From positions 24,800,001 to 24,864,000 of the forward strand of contig NC_042998.1 of assembly GCF_006345805.1 (NCBI RefSeq): DNA of 64,000 bases. The letters run 5' to 3'. The stretch comes from Octopus sinensis. Its lineage: Eukaryota. Each line of letters starts with the position of its first letter. Within the stretch, counting starts at the first letter, position 1. A program made the position numbers and the translations under genes. This document shows, piece by piece, positions 38,373-52,012 of the stretch. The notes beneath the pieces were generated by a model. The model had not been told where the DNA came from and made no database searches. It saw only the letters and a program-made list of their open reading frames with translations.

Positions 38373-38556
38373 GTGTATAAATACATATATATATACATAT
38401 ATATACATATATATATGCATATATACATATATATATACACATATATATATATAGTTATATATATACATACATATATATATATGTATATATGTACATATAT
38501 ATATACATATATATATAGATATATGTATATATACATTTATATACATATATATATAT

Positions 38557-38745
38557 AGGGAGAGTTTACGAAAAAAACAAAAGACGAAGACAGGTAGTGT
38601 ACAAAACAAACAGATGTATTAATATAACGCTCAGGAATAGAAAAAGTCTTTTACGTTTCGAGCCTACGCTCTTCTACAGAAAGGGACACAGAAAAAACAA
38701 GGAGAGAAAAAATGTGTGTAGTGGCTAACGATCTATCATGGCGAT
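38557..38745 (-). mobile_element. About 185-bp TA-embedded element with hammerhead-like motif (38646-38687)
   Basis: CUUU-CUGUAGA-A-GAGC(GUAG)GCUC-GAAAC-GUA^AAAG; both flanks are TA-type microsatellite. Confidence 0.7.
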
Positions 38746-38927
38746 ACATATGTACATATATATATAGATACATATATATACATATGTGTATATATGTATA
38801 TATACATATATATATACATATATATATGCATATATACATATATATACATATATATACATATATACATATATAAATACATATATATACATATATATATGCA
38901 TATATACATATATACATATATATATAT

Positions 38928-38970
<43 letters not shown>

Positions 38971-39875
38971 TAAATATACATATATATATATAATAGATAC
39001 ATATATATATATACACACATATATGGCCACAGCCTTAGGGCTGAAACATAAAAGAATATATATATTTGGTGCTTATGTGGATAAGAGTACCCAGTAACTC
39101 TATGAAGTGGTTGGCATTGGGAAGGGCATCCAGCCATAGAAACCATGCAAAAACAGACAATGGTGGCTTGTTTGGCTCCCAGCCTTACCAACTCCTATCA
39201 AACTGTCCAATCTATGCCAACATCGTAAACGGACGTTAAATGATGATGATGATGATGATATATACACAGGATGTATATATTATATGTGTGTGTGTGTATG
39301 TGTGTGTGTATGTTTGTGTAAATGTATCCCTATTATTTGTAACACTATAAGGAAACAAGGTATCTGTGGCTTTTATTTGTAATGTCATTACAGATTGTTT
39401 AATGAATCATGCTTTCTCTTGTATAACGTTGAAAATATATTTAAAAAATCTCCACTGAAATTGAATAGGTGCATGAAACTTGAGAGCAAGAAAAATAAAC
39501 AAAGAAATGTGACCAAAATGTGACAAAAATGTGACAAACTGGTGGAAAAGGAAGAAACTTAAAGGCAGTAGCTCTGAGCCATGTGACAATTCATGTATGC
39601 TCTTCATTGCCTGCAGCTATGAAGCCCTCTATGTGAACATATCCAATGGCAATTGCTAATTTTGTTAGCATATTGGTGCTGTATGGTTATGTACTCTATT
39701 GTTTAAAAGTGATTATTTAATTGGAAATATTACAATTATATTACTGATGCATGCCATTAGTGAAAAAAGTTTTCATCATACAATCCTGTAAAAGTTGGAT
39801 GAGGAAAAGCGAAGTCTTACATACAATGGAAAATTTAAGCTTTTAGTCGTAGGATTTTCTGAAAAGAACAACTGT

Positions 39876-40203
39876 AAGTGTCTGGGGAGAGTCATTTTCT
39901 TTTTGTGCCCTTTTATGTAATACACACTCACCAGTAAAATTTCTACTTATTTCTTATTTTTATTTTCCTAAATCTTCGTTGTCTTGCAACCTTTTCAATA
40001 GTCTTATTGAAAAGGTTGCAAGACACAACGAAAATTTTTTGGAAAATAAAAATTAGAAATAAGTGGAAATTTTACCGGTGAGTGTGTTACATTATAATGC
40101 ACAAAAAGAAAATGACTCTCCCCAGACACAACAGAATATGCTTCAACACGCGAACTCATATAAAGAATCTTGCAAACCAAATCCAAAAACGAAAAACAAC
40201 TGT
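39876..40203. mobile_element. Foldback insertion with 9-bp TSD
   Basis: Inverted arms 39878-40000 and 40005-40129; AACAACTGT at 39867-39875 and 40195-40203. Confidence 0.8.
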
Positions 40204-40325
40204 TTGCCCTCTAAGAAATTTGGTGTTGCTGAGAGCAGTGTTAGACTATGGAGAAAGAACAAAGCCCAACTGCAGAAAATGCTAAGCAGTAAACAATCTT
40301 TAAGGAGAAAATAGACTCACTCTTT

Positions 40326-40880
40326 CATCATCATTATCATCATCATCGTTTAACGTCCATTTTCCATGCTAGCATGGGTTGGATGGTTCGACCGAGGTCT
40401 GGGAAGCCAGGAGGCTGCACCAGGCTCCAGTCTGATCTGGCAGTGTTTCTACAGCTGGATGTCCTTCCTAACGCCAACCACTCCATCAGTGTAGTGGGTG
40501 CTTTTTACGTGCCACCGGTACAGGTGCCGGGGAGGCTGGAAACAGTCACGATTGATTGGTGCTTTTCATGTGCCACCGGCACGGAAGCCAGTCTAGATGG
40601 TGCTCACATCGGCCACGTTCGGATGGTGCTTTTTACGAGCCAGGGGAGGCTGGCAATGGCCACGATCAGTTGGTGCTTTTTATTTGCCACCGGCACGGAA
40701 GCCAGTCAAGATGGTGCTGGCATCGGCCACGTTTGGATGGTGCTTTTTACATGCCACCGGCACAGGTATCACAACTGCAATTTCCATTTGATTTCCAATG
40801 TTGAAGTTGATGTACTTGACTCGAATGGTCTCCTCAAGCACAGCAGGTCACCCTACGATCCAAGGTAAGCACAGCAGGCC
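40326..40880 (-). mobile_element. Family E copy including RTE ORF end
   Basis: (CAT)n tail, units, and minus-strand GCTGTGCTTGAGGAGACC. Confidence 0.85.
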
Positions 40881-41990
40881 GAATGGTAAAAAGAAAATTA
40901 ATGGAATGGATGGCAGACAAGCATAATGATGTGACAACACTGCATGTAAATTTACAAGTAAAGAAAAATATTAACACATGAGAAATAATCAATTGTTCAT
41001 TTTTTTTTAAATGGAAGGTGCCTGATAGTCACCGCCAAAAAATTGTTTTAGCTCAATGTCAAAAACCAAAAGTTTTACACAAGCTTTCATCTGAATTCAA
41101 TAAGAGGGCACAGCTTTATATTTTTATAATAAAGCTGAAAAATCAAACAATGAGTTTGAACTGAATCCTGTTGTATAAATATGCATGAGACAGCTAAGTA
41201 ATTGGAAATACCAGGAAATACCAGATGCACGTGTGGCTGTGTGCTGAGAAGTTTGCTTCCTAACCACACAGTTCCATGTTCAGCTCATCACTGCATGGTA
41301 TCTTGTGTAAGTGTCTCTACTTTGGCCTCAGGACAATCGAAGCATTGTGAGTGAATTTGGTAGACAGAAACTGGATGCCCATTGTGTGTGTGTGTGTGTA
41401 TATGTGTGTGTGCGTACATGTGTGTGTGTGTGTGCGTATTAATATACAGATATCTGTTTATCCATATCAACACAATCAAACACATTCCAGTGTAAATTGT
41501 AGATGAGCCAACAACATCATTTATTAACTCAAATGAAGACTGATGTATCGAAGAATAAACCTTAAATGAAGATGTAGTTTTGTTGCTGTTTTGGTAAGAT
41601 ATGCATGAGGTAAATCATCCTTGAGTGCAATAAGGGAGTAATGACTCCCCATCAATATCACGCAAGCACTCCCTTTATTTTCTAGAAGTTTGTAATACAA
41701 GAGATGACTGTGTAATGTAAGTTTCACGTGGTTTTATATTTTTGTAATCAGATGTTTAAATCTCTCATTATGTGATCAGATATAACGAAAATGCATTTGA
41801 AATATAGATGTACAAAGTTTGTAACTTCTCTCATGTCTGCCTTTGTCAAAAACAAGAAAACGAAACTTCAAAGTCCAGTTATACTACATCTACTATGCTT
41901 GACAGGTTGAGCCACTGCTTCAACAATCAGTTGTGAAGCTGTGAAATCTCTGTAAAGCAAAATCTAGAAAGATGGAAACAGTGCTGAATG

Positions 41991-42032
<42 letters not shown>

Positions 42033-42034
<2 letters not shown>

Positions 42035-42420
42035 CATCATCATCATCATCATCGTTTAGCGTCCGTTTTCCATGCTAGCATGGGTTGGACGGTTCTACTG
42101 GGGTCTGTGAAGCCAGAAGGCTTCATCAGGCCCAGTCAAATCTGGCAGTGTTTCTACGGCTGGATGCCCTTCCTAACACCAACCACTCCGAGAGTGTAGT
42201 GGGTGCTTTTTACGTGCCACCCGCACAGGTGCCAGACAGAGCTGGCAAACGGCCACGAACGGATGGTGCTTTTTATGTGCCACCGGCACGAGGGCCAGGC
42301 GAGGCTGGCAATGGACACGAAACGGGGCGGTGCTGGCAATGGTCACGAAACGGAAGGTTCTCTTACATGCCACCAGCACTGGTAACACATCTGCAATTTC
42401 CATTGATCGATTTCCATTGA
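42033..42420 (-). mobile_element. Family E copy
   Basis: Conserved tail and units. Confidence 0.8.
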
Positions 42421-42440
42421 TCGATTTCGAATAATATTTC

Positions 42441-42742
42441 AAATAATAATAATAATAATAATAATGATAATAATAATATTAATAATAATAATAATAATAA
42501 TAATATAATAATAATAATAATAATAACAATAATAATAATAATAATTATAATAATAATAATAATAATCAGGTGCACCACAACTTGTCAAAAGTGCGTATAA
42601 AGCATATGCAGTACAAATGTCTGGAAAGCGAACAATGTATGAGTCAGATACATTCTTGCGTGTGTATGGAGGGGAGAAAATGAGGTGTAGCGTTGGCGAA
42701 TCTCAGGAAGCATGGAAGTTTTGAAGGATGCAGTGCTCCGAC
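42441..42742 (-). mobile_element. 3' end of a related CR1 subfamily with long (TTA)n tail
   Basis: CAGGTGCACCACAACT...AGGTGTAG...GGAAGCATG...GATGCAGTG is collinear with the CR1 3' end at 20660-20755. Confidence 0.65.
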
Positions 42743-43587
42743 AATATATAACATGGTATATTATTTTCCTTTAAGAAGATGTGAAACCATGAGCTAGACA
42801 TCCTCTTTTACACATTTGTTCTGCTCACTGTTTTTCAGTTTCTTTTTCTCAGTGGTAGGAGTATACTACATGGAAGAAATCTTTAGAAAGACATCTAAAG
42901 CAACACAATACTTAAGGTAATTTGTATGGACTTAGGAGAGAAATCTCAGAAAAACCTAATTCCCTTTAATCCAAAGCATTTATTAAAGATATGATGTCAT
43001 AGATAATTGCAAATTACCTTTGTAGTGTTTCAGTTTTAAAAATACCTTCTGGTTCAGTTATCCACTTGAATAGAAAATAAAGCACATATTGAGCTACTAT
43101 TTCTACTCTGTTGTTTCAGAAATTTGAGAACATTGATGCAGTTATTGTTCCTAGGACTACATTGCTAAGTATACCAGAAGTATTTTTATCATGGTTTATA
43201 AAGCATTATTTTTATGATATTTCAATGTGATAAAGGCTGGTTTAAATTTACCTTTGACATTGTATATTCTGGTTCATTTGGTTTTATCCGTATATGTGGT
43301 TGGTGGTTAAACTTTATTCAATGATTGTGTGAATCTGAGAGTGGAATATCATCATCATCATCATCATCATCATTTAGCGTCCGTTTTCCATGCTAGCATG
43401 GGTTGGACGGTTCTACTGGGGTCTGTGAAGCCAGAAGGCTTCATCAGGCTTCATTCAATATGTTGAACAAAATCATTATTAACTGATTGGCCTGCATTTT
43501 CTTTTACCCAAAGCCAGGAATTTTACAGCATCCCCTCATACATGCATATATCATCATCATCATATACACACATATATATATATATTA

Positions 43588-43654
<67 letters not shown>

Positions 43655-43704
43655 GTATATATATATGTATATATATATATGTATAATATATATGTATATA
43701 TTTG

Positions 43705-43736
<32 letters not shown>

Positions 43737-44750
43737 CATATATATAAATATATATTATATGTATATATATATAGTATATATATATATGTATATGTATATA
43801 TGTATGTATATATATATATATATGCATATATATATGCATAAATATGGCATGTATGTATAAATAAATATATATATATATACATACATAGATACATACATAC
43901 ATAACATACATTCATACATACATACATACATACATACATACATACATACATACATACATACATACATACATACATACATACATACATACAAATAAATTTA
44001 TGTATGTATATATATATATATATCTTAGAAGAATATAAATCTAATTATATTCATTCTAATGTATCAGGCATAAATTATCTTTTGAAGTCATCAGAATGGA
44101 AAATTCATATTTAGTTTCTCATCATGTCACCGTAAAATCTGTCTGTCATTGAAATCTCTTCAGGAAGCAATGTAAAATTCTAATTGCAATATTATACACA
44201 CACACATATATATATATATATATAAGCATATATATATATATATATATATCAATGTATGCTTTTACATATGTACATATATCTTTATACAAACCACACACAT
44301 ACACATGCATGTGTATATGCATGTGATCGTATATGTGAAGTGTATTTGTATGTCTGTATTTCAAAAGCATTTTCGTTATATCTGATCACATAATGAGAGA
44401 TTTAAACATCTGATTACATAAATATAAAACCATGAGTGACTCACATTACACAGTCATCTCTGCCATTTCATTATTCAAATAGACATCTACAGCAACAGAT
44501 TTACCAGTTTAGGAATCATTTCAGGAATTACTGATATATATATTTGTGTGTGCATGTGTGTGTGTAAATGTATGTGTATATTTGTATATTTTACATGTGT
44601 ACATATATATATATACACACATATGCGTATACACAGACATATGTGTGTAAAGATATGCAAATATAAATTTATATATTTATAAGTGTATGTACACATATAT
44701 ATTTATATATGTATTATATATTTACATATGTATACACACATACAAACACA

Positions 44751-44751
44751 C

Positions 44752-44841
<90 letters not shown>

Positions 44842-45026
44842 ATGTATAGCTGGATGGATGGATGGATAGATTGCTATAGATAGATAATAAATGGATGGAT
44901 AGACAGACAGGCAAATAGATAGGTATATAGATAGATAAATATATAAATGGGTGGATAGATGGATGGAGAAATAGATAAATAATAACTGGACTGATAGACA
45001 GACAGACAAGTAGACAGACAGACAGT

Positions 45027-45060
<34 letters not shown>
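44751..45060. repeat. (GATA)n/(GACA)n compound microsatellite
   Basis: Directly visible. Confidence 0.9.
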
Positions 45061-46161
45061 TGTTTCTTTATTAGCCACACAGGGCTGCACACAGATAGAA
45101 CAAATTACAAGGTAGAGCTTTTCTTTTGAAGGTTTAAAAAAAATAAAAAAATAAAAAATAAAAAATAAAAAAAAAAATAAAATAAAAATAAAATAAAAAA
45201 AGGGGGGGGTCGATCAAAAGGGATCGTAAAAGGAGAGAAAGAGGACAAAAAAAAAGGGGGGTTAAAAAAAAAGGGGGAGAGGAAAAAAATTGATCAATAG
45301 GGATCGTTATCACAGAAATGTCAATATGAAGTGTAAAGCGGGGGACAGGTGAGGTTTACCCGTGGAAAGAAAAGCCTACGGAAAGGACCACGGTAACCTC
45401 GGTCAATGAAGTCACATGTTATATTTCTTTTTTTTTTTTTTTGCAAATAAGCAACTCTCTGTATTAATTTTTACGGTTCATAGAATTATAGTCAAGGTGG
45501 CTTCGTCATTCATACGTGCCATTCTTGCTACATTCACCCATCTTTTTTTAAAACATTCACTAGACAACTTGCCTCTCTACTCTCACTTTTTTCTTCAAGT
45601 GATACTTGAAGAAGTTGATGAGAGATTGACCAGAGAGGAAAGTGTTTGTCTCCAATCCTTTCAGACGCGTCCACCAGATACATTCTTTCGCCATAGCCAC
45701 AAGTATGATAAAAATAGCTCTTCCTTCCCGTTTGAAGGAAGGAGGCGTGACGATATTAATGATAGACTCGGCTGATAAACCGACACGTCCCACACGTGAC
45801 AGCAGTCGTTCGACATAAGCCCACAGGTGGGAAATTGCTGGACACTGCACGATTGCGTGCAGAGCGGTTTCGTCGCTCTGCCCGCATCTCGGGCAGGTCG
45901 GCCCCGTGTTTCTCGAGCCATGCCTATAGAGCTTATCCCGAATGGGTAGCGCTTCTCGGTAGCACCGCCAGGCCAGGGATCTCTGGAAGTTGTCCATAGG
46001 TCCCGGGCCGAAAGTCGTTTGAAACAGGCGGGTCAGGTATTCCTCGTCGTCGTACCTCCCCTCCACTAATCCCCTATAGAATGCTTTGGTTGTGTTGAAG
46101 TCACTCAAGGTCGACCCGGGACGGCAGAGTTGCTTGAGAGCAACGCGACACTCGCGGTGCC
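45061..46161 (-). mobile_element. Tx1/L1-clade LINE 3' fragment, copy 1
   Basis: zf-RVT-like segment LAWRCYREALPIRDKL...CPRCGQSDETALHAIVQC; AATAAA just before (TATC)n. Confidence 0.85.
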
Positions 46162-46194
<33 letters not shown>

Positions 46195-46201
46195 GAGATA
46201 A

Positions 46202-46258
<57 letters not shown>

Positions 46259-46280
46259 GAGATAGATAGATAGATAGATA

Positions 46281-46353
46281 TGTTTCTTTATTAGCCACAC
46301 AGGGCTGCACACAGATAGAACAAATTAACAAGGTAGAGCTTTTCTTTTGAAGG

Positions 46354-46387
<34 letters not shown>

Positions 46388-47367
46388 AGGGGGAGGGGGA
46401 GGTTCGATCAAAAGGGATCGTAAAAGGAGAGAAAGAGGACAAAATAAGGGGGGGGTTAAAAAAAAAAAAAAAAAAAAGGGGGGGAGAGGAAAAAAAAATG
46501 ATCAATAGGATCGTTATCACAGAAATGTAATATGAAGTGTAAAGGGGAGGACAGGTGAGGTTACCCGTGGAAAGAAAAGCCTGCGGAAAAGACCACGGTA
46601 ACCTCGGTCAATGAAGTCACATTTTATATTTCTTTTTTTTTTTTTTTTTTTTTTGCAAATAAGCAACTCTCTGTTTTCGATTTCTGGGTTCATAGGACTA
46701 TGCTCAAGGTGGCTTCGTCATTCATACGTGCCATTCTTGCTACATTCACCCATTTTTTAAAACATTCGCTAGACAAAACTTGCCTCTCTACTCTCACTTT
46801 CCTTTTCAAGTGGTACTTGAAGAAGTTGATGAGAGATTGACCAGAGAGGAAAGTGTTTGTCTCCAATCCTTTCAGACGCGTCCACCAGATACATCTTTCG
46901 CCATAGCCACAAGGATGATGAAAATAGCTCTTCCTTCCCGTTTGAAGGAAGGAGGCGTGACGATTATAATGATTAGACTCGGCTGATAAACCGACACGTC
47001 CCACACGTGACAGCAGTCGTTCGACATAAGCCCCAGGTGGGAAATTGCTGGAACTGACGATTGCGTGCAGAGCGGTTTCGTCGCTCTGCCCGCATCTCGG
47101 GCAGGTCGGCCCCGGTTTCTCGAGCATGCCTATAGAGCTTATCCCGAATGGGTAGCGCTTCTCGGTAGCACCGCCAGGCCAGGGATCTCTGGAAGTTGTC
47201 CATAGGTCCCGGGCCGAAAGTCGTTTGAAAACAGGCGGGTCAGGTATTCCTCGTCGTCGTACCTCCCCTCCACTAATCCCCTATAGAATGCTTGGTTGTG
47301 TTGAAGTCACTCAAGGTCGACCCGGGACGGCAGAGTTGCTTGAGAGCAACGCGACACTCGCGGTGCC

Positions 47368-47368
<1 letters not shown>
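46281..47368 (-). mobile_element. Tx1/L1-clade LINE 3' fragment, copy 2 (chimeric)
   Basis: Same boundaries as copies 1 and 3; many single-base indels. Confidence 0.85.
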
Positions 47369-47404
<36 letters not shown>

Positions 47405-47405
47405 G

Positions 47406-47456
<51 letters not shown>

Positions 47457-47478
47457 GAGATAGATAGATAGATAGATA

Positions 47479-47636
47479 GTTTCTTTATTAGCCACACAGG
47501 GCTGCACACAGATAGAACAAATTACAAGGTAGAGCTTTTCTTTTGAAGTATTAAAAAAAAAAAAAAAAAAAAGGGAAGGGGGAGGTTCGATCAAAAGGGA
47601 TCGTAAAAGGAGAGAAAGAGGACAAAAATATGGGGG

Positions 47637-47669
<33 letters not shown>

Positions 47670-48588
47670 AGAGGAAAAAAAAATGATCAATAGGGATCGT
47701 TATCACAGAAATGTCATATGAAGTGTAAAGGGGAGGACAGGTGAGGTTTACCCGTGAAAGAAAAGCCTGCGGAAAAGACCACGGTAACCTCGGTCAATGA
47801 AGTCACATTTTATATTTCTTTTTTTTTTTTTTTTTTTTTTGCAAATAAGCAACTCTCTGTTTTCGATTTCTGGGTTCATAGGACTATGCTCAAGGTGTGC
47901 TTCGTCATTCATACGTGCCATTCTTGCTACATTCACCCATCTTTTTTTAAAACATTCGCTAGACACAAACTTGCCTCTCTACTCTCACTTTCCTTTTCAA
48001 GTGGTACTTGAAGAAGTTGATGAGAGATTGACCAGAGAGGAAAGTGTTTGTCTCCAATCCTTTCAGACGCGTCCACCAGATACATTCTTTCGCCATAGCC
48101 ACAAGGATGATGAAAATAGCTCTTCCTTCCCGTTTGAAGGAAGGAGGCGTGACAATATTGACGATAGACTCAGCTGATAAACCGACTCGTCCCACACGTG
48201 ACAGCAGTTGTTCGACATAAGCCCACAGGTCGGAAATTGTTGGACACTGAACGAGTGCGTGCAGAACGGTTTCGTCGCTCTGACCGCATCTCGGGCAGGT
48301 CGGCCCCGTGTTTCTCGAGCCGTGTCTGTAGAGCTTATCCCGAACGGGTAGCGCTTCTCGGTAGCACTGCCAGGCCAGGGATCTCTGGAAGTTGTCCATG
48401 GACCTGGCCCGAAAGTCGTCCCGAACAGGCGGGTCAGGTACTCCTCGTCGACGTCCAGGTTCGCCCCGAGCTCGTCGTCGTACCTCCCCTCCACTAAACC
48501 CCTATAGAATGCTTTGGTTGTGTTGAAGTCACTTAAGGTCGACCAGGACGGCAGAGTTGCTTGAGAGCAACGCGACACTCGCGGTGCC
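47479..48588 (-). mobile_element. Tx1/L1-clade LINE 3' fragment, copy 3
   Basis: CPRCGQSDETVLHALVQC; retains 24 bp absent from copies 1 and 2. Confidence 0.85.
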
Positions 48589-48831
48589 AAGATAGATAGA
48601 TAGGTAGATAGATAGATAGATAGATATATAGATAGATAGATAGATAGGTAGATAGATAGATATTAGATAGATGATAGATAGATAGATAGATAGATAGATA
48701 GAGAGATAGATAGATAGATAGATAGATATAAGATAGATATACAGACAGACAGGCAGGCAGACAGACAGACAGACAGATAGATAGACAGACAGACGACAGA
48801 CAGACAGATAGATAGCTAGACAGATAGATAT

Positions 48832-48866
<35 letters not shown>

Positions 48867-48901
48867 TACAGACAGACAGGCAGGCAGACAGACAGACAGA
48901 C

Positions 48902-48932
<31 letters not shown>

Positions 48933-48945
48933 TAGATAGATAGAC

Positions 48946-48994
<49 letters not shown>

Positions 48995-49073
48995 TACAGA
49001 CAGACAGGCAGGCAGACAGACAGACAGACAGATAGATAGACAGACAGACAGACAGATAGATAGATAGATAGAC

Positions 49074-49114
<41 letters not shown>

Positions 49115-49149
49115 TACAGACAGACAGGCAGGCAGACAGACAGACAGAC

Positions 49150-49184
<35 letters not shown>

Positions 49185-49211
49185 TAGATAGATAGACAGA
49201 TAGATAGATAG
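48589..49211. repeat. Higher-order (GATA)/(GACA)/(GGCA) satellite
   Basis: The TATACAGACAGACAGGCAGGCAGACAG block recurs four times. Confidence 0.9.
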
Positions 49212-49499
49212 AACAAACTGCAAGTATTATATTTTGCAATTTTAGTTAGTTCAACTGATTAAATTATTGGTAAAATTTATTTTCAAAATTAGACCACACA
49301 CATGTGTGTGTGTGTGTGGTGTGTGTGTGTTTTTGTGTGTGTGTTTACAATCGAATTTAGCACTTTTGTGTACACTTGGACGTGGGAAGATTTTTTTTGT
49401 TGTGGATAAAATCTCAAGAGACCAATATAGACTAACAAAGACTAATAAAGAAAACCCTTTATTAATCTATGAGTGATGTCATTGAATTGTCTGATGCCT

Positions 49500-49783
49500 A
49501 TGTTTTGCCGAACCGCTAAGTTACGGGTACGTAAACACACCAGTATCGGTTGTCAAGCGATGTTGGGGGGGACAAACAAAGACACACAAACACACACAAA
49601 TATATATATATACATATATACGACGGGCTTCTTTCAGTTTCTGTCTACCAAATCCACTCACAAGGCTTTAGTCAGCCCGAGGCTATAACAGAAGACACTT
49701 GCCCAAGGTGCCACGCAGTGGGACTGAAGCCGGAACCATGTGGTTCGTAAGCAAGCTACTTACTACACAGCCACTCCTACGCC
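49500..49783 (-). mobile_element. SINE family C (3' truncated)
   Basis: Homology to other copies. Confidence 0.8.
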
Positions 49784-51092
49784 TAAGTTTTACTAAATTT
49801 TTTGTTATATTTAAAATAAGTGAAAGCAACACAGAGCATCTCAAATTAAATACGGTAATGAAAGGGTTAATGCCCAATTTCCATCATAAGAGGCAGCATT
49901 GGATCTCTTCATTTCTGGGTGCTTTTTATGTGACGCCAACACTAGTGCTTTTTATGTGACCCAACACCAGTGCCTTTTATGTGGAACCAGATCTAGTAAT
50001 TTTTGTGTGGCACCATCACCAGTACTTTTAATGTAGCACCAGCATCGGTGCCTTTTATTTGGCACCAGCACCAACAGGGTCACCAAGTACCTTGCAAGAC
50101 AAAAAAACTCCACTAATTTTATTATTCTTTTTTTTATTCTAATTTATATACTACCAAAGTCATAATTGCTATGCTCAGTGTGGTCTTCCATATTTCCCTT
50201 TGCTATTTCATTAAACCCCTACCCATTAGGTCATTCAACATTTAATAAAAAATATTGCTTTTTCTCATATATATATAATATTCCCTCTCAGGTCGTATAA
50301 TTAGTTATTTCATACAATATCGACTTTTCTTATTATGTCCTTTCCTAATAATTTAAATAATTATTGCAGAACTGACCTTTGACCATTTAACAACACACCC
50401 ATATAAACAATAGCATTAAGCAAAACTTCATTATAACAAAAACAAAAAAAAAAAAAGATTGATCGAGATATATGTCTAATTTGCTCGATTCAAATTAACC
50501 CAAATCTAAACAGTTTTCTTTTATCTTGAATTGAATGTCACCTCAATATTAAGTATTTTAAATATAGGCATTTAAAATTTGCTGGCAATTTACACGTTTC
50601 TATCAATTGTTACAACTACAAAACGTAAACACTTATTCTTTTGACCTTTGTTCTCGTGTAATATAGCAAAGCCATCTCTAAAGAATAATTTTAATAACAT
50701 TATAATTATGTGCATTAATATTAATTTTTTTTCATGTAGTTTCCGATATGGACTCTTTTTAATGTTAATGTGTTTTCCAATAACACCCTTTTAAAAACAT
50801 ATACGGCTTCTCCACTCCATATAGAAGATTCTTGCCATTACTTAAACTACCCGACATTTCTATAATTTTGTGTATTTTATCCTTTACTTGTTTCAGTATT
50901 TGCACTGCAGTCATGCTGAGGCTCAACCACGAAGGATTTAGTTGAACAAATTAACCCTGGTACTTGTTTTTTATCCCACCAGTTTCTTTTGCCAAACTGC
51001 TATGTTAAGGAGATGTAAACAACCCAACGTTGGTTGTCAAACAGGGGTGAAGAACAATCATAACACAAACACAAAGACATACTCAACATATA

Positions 51093-51324
51093 CTCTTTTA
51101 CTCTTTTACTTGTTTCAGTCATTTGACTGAGGCCATGCTGGAGCACCGCCTTTTTAGTCGAGCAAATCGACCCCAGGACTTATTCTTTGTAAGCCTAAGT
51201 ACTTATTCAATCGGTATCTTTTGCTGAACCACTAAGTTACGGGGATGTAAACACACCAGCATCGGTTGTAAACCAATGTTGAGGGGGGAAAAACACAGAC
51301 ACACACACATATGCACAAACACAG

Positions 51325-51355
<31 letters not shown>

Positions 51356-51547
51356 CATACATATATATATGTATACATATATACGACGGGCTTCTTTCAG
51401 TTTCCATCTACCAAATCCACTCACAACGCTTTGGTTGGCCCAAGGCTATAGTAGAAAACACTTGCCCAAGGTGCCATGCAGTGGGACTGAACCTGGAACC
51501 ATGTGGTTGGTAAGCAAGCTACTTACCACAAAGCTACTTCTATGCCT
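51093..51547 (-). mobile_element. SINE family C
   Basis: Full-length homologue. Confidence 0.85.
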
Positions 51548-52012
51548 ATATATTTATAAATACATACAAGAGGTTTAATTTTTGCTTTTCTTTTACAAAA
51601 TCCACTCACAATACTTTGGTTGGCTTGGGGCCATAGTAAAAGATCCAAGGTGGGACCAAGGTAAAAGACCCAAAATTTACCCAAGGTGCTATACAGGGGG
51701 GATTGAATCCAAGATCACATGGTTGGGAAGCAAGTTTCTCAACCTCACAGTATTCCTGCACAAACTCAGTATTCCGTTATGTATAAATGTAAAGGACTGA
51801 CATCAATCATGAGAGCATTGGGAAAAATTGTCTTGTGTTATTTCTTCAAGCTCTTTGCTCTCTGTGTGAAAATCTTGCTGAGAAGTCAACTTTGCTTTTC
51901 TTCCATTCAAGATGAATAAAATAGAGGACCAGTCAAGTACTGGGATTAATGGTATTGACTTATGCCCACTCTCATCTCAAGATTGCTGGCCTTCTGCTGA
52001 AACTGAAAATCA

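Larger units (their letters stand above)
39799..40980 (+). pseudogene. pogo-type (POGK-like) transposase N-terminus interrupted by two insertions
   Basis: Removing 39876-40203 restores KRSLTYNGKFKLLVVGFSEKNNCLPSKKFGVAESSVRLWRKNKAQL (Brinker-type DBD). After the family E insert, KLMEWMADK...VTTLHVNLQVKKI resembles a CENP-B-type HTH. Confidence 0.75.

Noticed and set aside
42105-42135. Minus-strand CTGATGA followed by an AGCC/GGCT hairpin as a hammerhead
   Set aside because: No GAAA or stem III follows; it is a variant of the family E tail.
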